A stretch of 63,936 nt of DNA, filler included, from an uncultured Ignavibacteriales bacterium (GTDB lineage Bacteria; Zixibacteria; MSB-5A5; GN15; JAAZOE01): the NCBI GenBank assembly GCA_964611355.1. It is 3 parts of 3 records of this genome, joined end to end, with 100 filler letters (N's around TTAATTAATTAA, not from the genome) between each part and the next. Parts side by side here need not be neighbours in the genome. Positions count along the whole stretch, not along the records: positions 30,864 to 60,889 come from CAZSYD010000029.1; positions 60,990 to 63,936 come from CAZSYD010000098.1; 1 more part is not named here. The stretch is one strand, 5' to 3'. This document shows, piece after piece, positions 57,770-63,936 of the stretch; position 1 is the stretch's first letter, and every line of letters starts with the position of its first letter. Under the pieces are notes generated by a model, which was given only the letters and a program-made list of their open reading frames with translations, was not told where the DNA came from and searched no databases. The position numbers and the translations under genes are program-made.

Positions 57770-59212
57770 TCAAAACTTTTCCACCATGAATTTATATATC
57801 TGGGCCTGTGGGTCTTTGTAGCTGTTCTTGGGCAGGCCGGCCTTGAGACAGGTCTGTTCGAGAAGGGTGGTGCGGTTCCAGCCGTATTCGGTCGCCACCT
57901 GGGGCAGAAGCAGACCGGAATGGAGCTCCAAACGAATCATAAGACCATCCCGGCCAACAACGATATCATTGATATCCTCAATCACAGAAAGCGGCGATAA
58001 TACTGAGATTTCGTATTCCAGTTCGGGCAGTTCATCCTCGGTAACCGGAGGAAACCGGGGATCCTCAAAAGCCGCAGAAAGAGCCATTTCCGCAACGGCC
58101 TCAATCAAAGGCAACCTGGCCTGAATCAGCCCGATACAACCACGCAGCGTTCCCCGTTTGTCTATTGTAACGAAAACCCCTCTTTTCTCTTTGAGATGCC
58201 GCGACGGCGGTTGAGGAATATCCGGCTTTTCGCCCCGAACTCTCGCTTCTACCGATCGCCGGGCAAGGTTTGAAAGAAAATCTTTTTCCTCCTGCGTATA
58301 TTCGGCTTCTTTGCCGACGGCGGGACTGCCGATAGTTGCCGGTTTCTTCGGAGTTTCTTTTTTGCCCGTAATCACGGCTGAAAGATAACCGACCACTTCG
58401 TTGAAATCGCCGGTTGCCCTGGCCGACGTATCATAACTTATGATCTCAACTTTCTCCCCGCCGATTCGTCCGGCGGCTTCCACCACTGCCGCCACCGGTC
58501 CGTAGCCGCACGCTTCCGCCTTTTCAGTCGCGATAACATCAATAATACGGTTGGCATCGAATGCGGTTAGAGCGGTCTCGAAATTTTTGTCCAGTCGCCG
58601 CGCCTGTTTGTCCGGATAAAAATGGGACATATCGGTCGAGGCCACCATCAGAGTATTGGTCCCCTTTAGAGTGGCCGCCAATACCTCGGCCGCCGCTCTT
58701 ATGGTTGACTCTTCCTGATCGCCCGTCACCATTGCCACCAGCTTGAAATTGCCCAGGACAATCTGCAGAAACGGTAGTTGAATCTCCAGCGAATGCTCGC
58801 CCCGCCCTCCGGAGCCCGCGTGCCCCATGGTTGAGCAATAAACCGAAGGATGCTTTTGCGACATACGGTCGGAAAGCTCGCGATCAATTTCGATTACGCC
58901 CAGCGGAGTTTCATACCCGTCGCCGGAATAAACCGAAACCCCTTTGAAAAAGCCGTGAAACGGCGCTATCACTACTACCGTATCGTATTGCTCGCCCTGT
59001 ATCTGCTTATAGGCGTCGGCGGCAATCTGGCCGGAATAGATATACCCGGCGTGCGGAGCGATAATCGCCCTGACTCTGCCGTCCAGACTACGCCGTTCGG
59101 CATTATTAAAAAACCCGGCGATTTGCTTGGATAGTTCTGCCGGATTGGCGGGATAAAACATCCCGGCTACCATCGGCCGGCGAATTTCCTTATTGTTCTT
59201 ATTAAAAGCCAT
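57770..59212 (-). CDS. AmmeMemoRadiSam AmrB (MEMO1-like) / AmrA (AMMECR1-like) fusion
   Basis: VAGMFYP, PHAGYIYSG, EHSLEIQLPFLQ, STDMSHF; C-terminal LRGCIG, DPRFPP, LLLPQVA, CLKAG. Confidence 0.9.
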   Translation of the reverse strand: MAFNKNNKEIRRPMVAGMFYPANPAELSKQIAGFFNNAERRSLDGRVRAIIAPHAGYIYSGQIAADAYKQIQGEQYDTVVVIAPFHGFFKGVSVYSGDGYETPLGVIEIDRELSDRMSQKHPSVYCSTMGHAGSGGRGEHSLEIQLPFLQIVLGNFKLVAMVTGDQEESTIRAAAEVLAATLKGTNTLMVASTDMSHFYPDKQARRLDKNFETALTAFDANRIIDVIATEKAEACGYGPVAAVVEAAGRIGGEKVEIISYDTSARATGDFNEVVGYLSAVITGKKETPKKPATIGSPAVGKEAEYTQEEKDFLSNLARRSVEARVRGEKPDIPQPPSRHLKEKRGVFVTIDKRGTLRGCIGLIQARLPLIEAVAEMALSAAFEDPRFPPVTEDELPELEYEISVLSPLSVIEDINDIVVGRDGLMIRLELHSGLLLPQVATEYGWNRTTLLEQTCLKAGLPKNSYKDPQAQIYKFMVEKF

Positions 59213-59408
59213 TCCCGAAATCAATTTACCATACTGTTCATCGAATGTCAAACTTTGACTTGGTTTTGTACCGAATTCGGCATTGTCTGATCAAGTAGCT
59301 AAAATATAGTCAATTGCACGCTAAGTTACCGGTCGATATTTCACTTGATAAGAAATCTTTAATATCTATATTCAAGCCTTAAATCCGCCCGGGATACACG
59401 GAGGAACA

Positions 59409-60767
59409 ATGATTCGGTTATTTACAACCAAACGATTATTTATGATGCTGATTATTGTTTCCTGTTTTTGGGCAACAAATCTTTTTGCTTCCGTGGATGA
59501 AGGACACGGCTCAAGCGAAGTCTCCGAAGTTCTCCTGGGTCTTATCGTTATCCTCCTGGCGGCCAAAATCGGCGGCGATCTGGTTGAACGATTCAAACAA
59601 CCGGCTGTCCTGGGAGAGTTGATTCTTGGTATGCTTATCGGCAACCTGGCGCTGTTCGGCATTGATACATTCGAGCCGCTAAAACATTCGGTTACCCTGG
59701 AAGTTCTGGCTGAAATCGGAGTCATTATTCTTCTGTTCGAAGTCGGCCTTGAATCGACTATTGGGGAAATGATGAAAGTCGGGCTTGCCTCATTTATGGT
59801 TGCCACATTTGGCGTAGTAGCGCCGTTTTTCCTCGGTTGGGGTGTGAGTGCATGGTTTCTGCCGAATGAATCGATATACGTTCATGTTTTCATTGGCGCG
59901 ACGCTGACCGCTACCTCGGTCGGCATTACGGCGCGCGTTCTGAGGGACATAGGGAAAATCAGCACCAGGGAAGCGAAGATTATACTTGGCGCCGCAGTCA
60001 TCGACGATATCATGGGCCTGGTTATCCTGGCGGTAGTGACCGGGGTGATTTCGGCCGCCTCTGGCGGAGGGGAACTTACGTCAGGCGGCGTCTTTTCTAT
60101 TGTCTTCAAGGCGGTTGCCTTTGTTGTCGCGGCCTTGGTCATCGGGCGATTTCTTTCACCGTATATTTTTAAATTCGGTTCAAAATTGCGCGTCCAGGGA
60201 GTGCTCCTTTCAACCGCCCTTTTAATCTGCTTTACCCTCGCCTACATAGCTGGTTTAATCGGGCTGGCGCCCATTGTCGGCGCGTTTGCGGCCGGATTAA
60301 TTCTCGAAAGTGTTCATTATAAAGTATATACCGAGCGCGGCGAGAAATCGGTGGACGAGCTTATCGCCCCTATTGCCACTTTTCTGGTGCCGGTGTTTTT
60401 TGTTCGTATGGGAATGATGGTACAGTTGGAAACCTTTGGCCGGATGGATATTCTCTTTTTCGCGGCGGTTATGACCATAGCCGCTATCCTTGGCAAACAG
60501 GCCTGCTCCCTGGCGATTTTCAACAAAGGCATCAACCGTCTGGCTATCGGGTTGGGAATGATACCGCGAGGCGAGGTCGGCCTGATTTTCGCCGGTATCG
60601 GAGCCAAACTGATGCTGGACGGCAACCCGGTAATATCGAGCGGAACCTTCTCGGCCGTAATCATCATGGTGATTATCACGACCCTGGTAACACCGCCGTT
60701 TCTTAAGATATCCATGTTGCGGGAAGAGGAAAAAGTCAAACCTGAAATCGAAAGGCCCGGTATATAA
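59409..60767 (+). CDS. Cation:proton antiporter (CPA2, NapA/KefB-like)
   Basis: QPAVLGEL, LLFEVGLE, ATSVGITARVL, AAVIDDI, GMIPRGEVGLI. Confidence 0.92.
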   Translation: MIRLFTTKRLFMMLIIVSCFWATNLFASVDEGHGSSEVSEVLLGLIVILLAAKIGGDLVERFKQPAVLGELILGMLIGNLALFGIDTFEPLKHSVTLEVLAEIGVIILLFEVGLESTIGEMMKVGLASFMVATFGVVAPFFLGWGVSAWFLPNESIYVHVFIGATLTATSVGITARVLRDIGKISTREAKIILGAAVIDDIMGLVILAVVTGVISAASGGGELTSGGVFSIVFKAVAFVVAALVIGRFLSPYIFKFGSKLRVQGVLLSTALLICFTLAYIAGLIGLAPIVGAFAAGLILESVHYKVYTERGEKSVDELIAPIATFLVPVFFVRMGMMVQLETFGRMDILFFAAVMTIAAILGKQACSLAIFNKGINRLAIGLGMIPRGEVGLIFAGIGAKLMLDGNPVISSGTFSAVIIMVIITTLVTPPFLKISMLREEEKVKPEIERPGI

Positions 60768-60839
60768 TAAAAGGGCTGTAAAAATATAAATATCGACTCT
60801 TGACAACAGGCTCTTGAAAGTATAGTATAGACCATTCGT

Positions 60840-60889
<50 letters not shown>

Positions 60890-60989
60890 NNNNNNNNNNN
60901 NNNNNNNNNNNNNNNNNNNNNNNNNNNNNNNNNTTAATTAATTAANNNNNNNNNNNNNNNNNNNNNNNNNNNNNNNNNNNNNNNNNNNN
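60890..60989. other. Artificial contig linker
   Basis: N run with TTAATTAATTAA. Confidence 0.95.
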
Positions 60990-61575
60990 CATCTTTGGTT
61001 ACAACCGGACTCTGAATATCACCGTAAGGTATGTAGCGGAACGTAAAATCTTTGGGTGTTGTAAGAGTATAGGTCGACGATTTGACGGGAATGTTTTTCT
61101 GCGGCACCCAGTATCTCCAGAAAAAGAGTGATTTCAACTCAATTTCATATTCATACTCTACATAATACGGAAAACCGGCGCCAGTCGGTCGGAACCGATA
61201 GCGGCAGTAATCTGCATACATAATGATATTTGCCATGCCGCAAGTCTTGTAACCGTCCTTTTTATCGAGCGTATAGATTTCCCTGCCATTGGCATCCAGA
61301 ACAGAAGCGGTGAATTTTTTCAGTTTATGAAACCCGCTTTCGGAGATTTCAACAAATCCGTATTTTTTCCCGTTATCATTAAGGATTTCAACGGTGTATG
61401 TGATGTACAGCCTGGCACGCTCTGAATTGGAAATAATGCAGGACGTGTTTTCTTCTATAATAACGGCATCATGTTCTTTGAATGAATCGTTATTGACTGC
61501 ATCGGCATGGAGTGGCAGCGTGAGCGCCACGAACAATAGACGTAGAATGAAGGTTATGTGTGTTGATTTCCGCAT
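60990..61575 (-). CDS. DUF3857 protein (3'-truncated), paralogue of 12280-14217
   Basis: Signal peptide; EILNDNGKKY, CG....MYADYCRY, FPYYVEYEY, FFWRYWVPQKNIPV. Confidence 0.8.
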
Positions 61576-61613
61576 GGCTGACGAAATACCCCCAGGGAAA
61601 TGTGTCTTTGAAT

Positions 61614-63572
61614 TTAAGGTTCAGATGTTGGGATTGTTACTATCACCTTATCAAAAGCTGACTCAGTCATGGCCACGTATATTTCACGGAGCTTCCCATA
61701 TTCATGAATTGTGAAAATGGGACGGTTTATGCTCAGGGTTTCAAGCACGTTTATAAGAGTCCCCTCTTCAGTCGCTGCAGCGTTTACCTTTCGGGTGAAA
61801 AGCGCGCCGTCTATTCGGTGATTTATCGGGTCCGGCAGAGAAGCAATCTCTATTTTCGGCGGGAGATATATCATTGCTACGCGGCGCCTTTTGGATGCGT
61901 AGCGGAAGTCAATCGGAAATACCCTCTTTTCACTCGTGAAAGGATTTTTAGTAAGAGGCATAATCAGTGGTCTGAACAATAGACTATTGTCAATTGCCGA
62001 TGAGTATCTCGGAAGTTCTACAACAATATGCAATTGAATTCTGTCGTTTTCCTCGTCCGGAGTCACGCTTATGCAGGTCAGTCTGTTCTCGAATTCCGCA
62101 CCTTCGTTTAATTCATCTTTTACTTCCTTCTCCGTGGCCGTTCCATCCAGTAGATATTCACATTTGAGTTTATCATAACCGCATACGTAGATGGTTGTCG
62201 AACAGGCAGCCGACCCGTCGTTCATTATATGGATTATAGAAAGTATATCGGTGCCGCTTTTACGTTCGGAATGTTTCAGTTGAATCGGACTTGAGTCTTC
62301 CCCATCAATCAAAAAACCCTTTTCAACCAGATCAATCGGAGGCGGATACGGGTATTGCGAATATTCGGCAGCCGGATCAAGCGTCAATTCGTTTTCGCCG
62401 TCTTTTATGTGGCAGACTACACGGTTAAAACGATACATATCGGGCTCGCCGGAATTAAAACCAGTGTACATATCACGGGTTCCGATATAAAGCGGATGGG
62501 CCGATATGCCCTGTGATTCGAGGAGCTTTACCAGAAATACGTTTTTGAGAGCTGAAGGGGCGTATTTATGTTTAAGAATTTTATCCAGGTTGGGGTCTTC
62601 ACCTTTTGAATTGCGGGTGGCAATCTCATCACGAACGAAATTATGCAAGTGTCTTATTTTTTCATCGGTCATTGCCAGTCCGATGCAGACTGAATCTGCC
62701 GTTTGCTTGATCAGGTCCTGTTTGTCAAATAAGGAATTGAGGTACTTTTCGATACTTTCGCCGATTTCCGACCATTTGCCGATAAGGGAATATCCGCCGT
62801 ATGATAAGACCCTGATCCGCAGTGACGAAAGCTGGTCATACCGGGCATAAACAAATGGTTCGTCTTTGGCGGCCGGGATATCGGTCAATTCCCAGGTGTA
62901 CTCGGATCGGTCAAGAAAGTCTTCTTTTGCGGGCTCCTGTATGTTGAACGGGATGTTTTTTTGGGCCGTGTTAATCGTAAATCTCGGGTCAAGCAGCACA
63001 CGATAACGAGATCTTAGAACATAGGTGTCCCCCTGAAAATACCAGGGATCCGGCAACCGATACAACCTGTAAACCAGCGAGAATTCATATTCGAGAATAC
63101 AACCATCCTCTACTGCGGGAAACGTAAACCATTTGGTTTTCAAATTACCATTTTGTTTCTCATAAAATTCCTTAACCCCGATTTCTCTCCCATCAGGGAG
63201 TACCGTATGAGCCCGTAATTTTTTTATTTTGTCTCCCTTATGGCGGGGAATCTCCACTGTCATTGCTTTTTCGGCGCCGTCCCGACGGAAAACCCTGATA
63301 CGCGCGTGACATTTTAGCGTAAAGCTGCGGCCGTAGCGCATATTGAGTTCACCGTTATCGAATATAACCACCGCGGCAGCATCAGGATCTTCCCGTGGCT
63401 GCAACATATTCCATTCTGCATCGCTGATTTTTCCCCACTCCTGTGCGGTCCCGGAAGATGCAAAAACAAAGACCAAAAGCCACAGGGGTACGAAAAACCG
63501 AATCGCGAGGAGCGCTTGCAATATTACCCCCATCTTCTTCCGCGCCGGATTAGCGCGATGACTTTTTACCAT
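61614..63572 (-). CDS. DUF3857 / transglutaminase-like protein, degenerate active site, paralogue of 14230-16152
   Basis: WGKISDAEW, FPAVEDGCILEY, DPWYFQGD, FVRDEIATR, ERKSGTDI; no GxC motif. Confidence 0.8.
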   Translation of the reverse strand: MVKSHRANPARKKMGVILQALLAIRFFVPLWLLVFVFASSGTAQEWGKISDAEWNMLQPREDPDAAAVVIFDNGELNMRYGRSFTLKCHARIRVFRRDGAEKAMTVEIPRHKGDKIKKLRAHTVLPDGREIGVKEFYEKQNGNLKTKWFTFPAVEDGCILEYEFSLVYRLYRLPDPWYFQGDTYVLRSRYRVLLDPRFTINTAQKNIPFNIQEPAKEDFLDRSEYTWELTDIPAAKDEPFVYARYDQLSSLRIRVLSYGGYSLIGKWSEIGESIEKYLNSLFDKQDLIKQTADSVCIGLAMTDEKIRHLHNFVRDEIATRNSKGEDPNLDKILKHKYAPSALKNVFLVKLLESQGISAHPLYIGTRDMYTGFNSGEPDMYRFNRVVCHIKDGENELTLDPAAEYSQYPYPPPIDLVEKGFLIDGEDSSPIQLKHSERKSGTDILSIIHIMNDGSAACSTTIYVCGYDKLKCEYLLDGTATEKEVKDELNEGAEFENRLTCISVTPDEENDRIQLHIVVELPRYSSAIDNSLLFRPLIMPLTKNPFTSEKRVFPIDFRYASKRRRVAMIYLPPKIEIASLPDPINHRIDGALFTRKVNAAATEEGTLINVLETLSINRPIFTIHEYGKLREIYVAMTESAFDKVIVTIPTSEP

Positions 63573-63936
63573 CGTTTATCAGGCCATTCGTGTATGAATG
63601 GAGCCATGATTGAAACGTGATAAAATTATCCCTAGTATGTTGGCATTATATATAGACCGTAGTTCTTTGTCAAATGAAAATGGCTAAAGGTGATACAGGT
63701 ATCTTGTCAGGTTATAAGTTTGTTACCAATAAAATCTCATACTGTTGCATTTATATGACCGGGATGGCGGGCAGATTTTTGAATTGAGAGGTTCGTAAGG
63801 CCGTTAAACTGACCGGATTAACTGAATTTGTCATGGCCGGGAGGCTTGCCCTATGACTGCGGGAGAGTTATAATTCGACCAGAATCATATAATTAACGGT
63901 GTCCTGTCACCGTTCGAGTTTAACTAAATCAAACCG

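Noticed and set aside
63573..63936. Weak hairpins at the window end (GTCATGG...CTATGAC)
   Set aside because: Too short and cut by the window edge to support an RNA or element call

Overview
The window is not one continuous locus. It is three contigs joined by artificial N linkers containing TTAATTAATTAA (30764-30863, 60890-60989), with a further 10-N gap at 34731-34740. It looks like a ~50% GC diderm bacterial metagenome bin; an FCB-group/Zixibacteria-like origin is my inference only. Contig 1 (1-30763) starts with the right end of an IS1202-family element, then a spt-cerS-lipoprotein (sphingolipid-type) operon. A small accessory patch follows: radical SAM gene, XRE-IrrE plus MazF module, REP-like palindromes. 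The rest is largely housekeeping: pcrA, glgP, a DUF3857 transglutaminase pair, tRNA-Leu-tig-clpP-clpX, tldD-tldE-small Tat peptide-prmC, pgsA-pgpA-cinA-thpR-recA, pyrK-pyrD-pyrF. Contig 2 (30864-60889) begins with a partly decayed surface-polysaccharide modification locus. It holds a large secreted FN3/FlgD protein, an AT-rich Asn-synthetase-like gene with integron-cassette boundaries and an attC-like site, a heparinase-like lyase, two divergent NadE paralogues around an ACP and a collapsed acyl-AMP ligase, and acyltransferase, SGNH and VanZ genes. After that come tRNA-Met, hflX, a TetR-TolC-MFP-RND-PII efflux operon, an RsbU-type phosphatase, an AmrB-AmrA fusion, a CPA2 antiporter and a partial tRNA-fMet. 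Contig 3 carries a second DUF3857 pair. The best candidates for new biology are the NadE/ACP/Asn-synthetase glycan-amidation module, the orphan attC cassette, the HTH-Zn-protease-antitoxin/MazF module and the Tat micro-protein coupled to TldDE. All calls come from motif recognition by eye; no database searches or folding programs were run.
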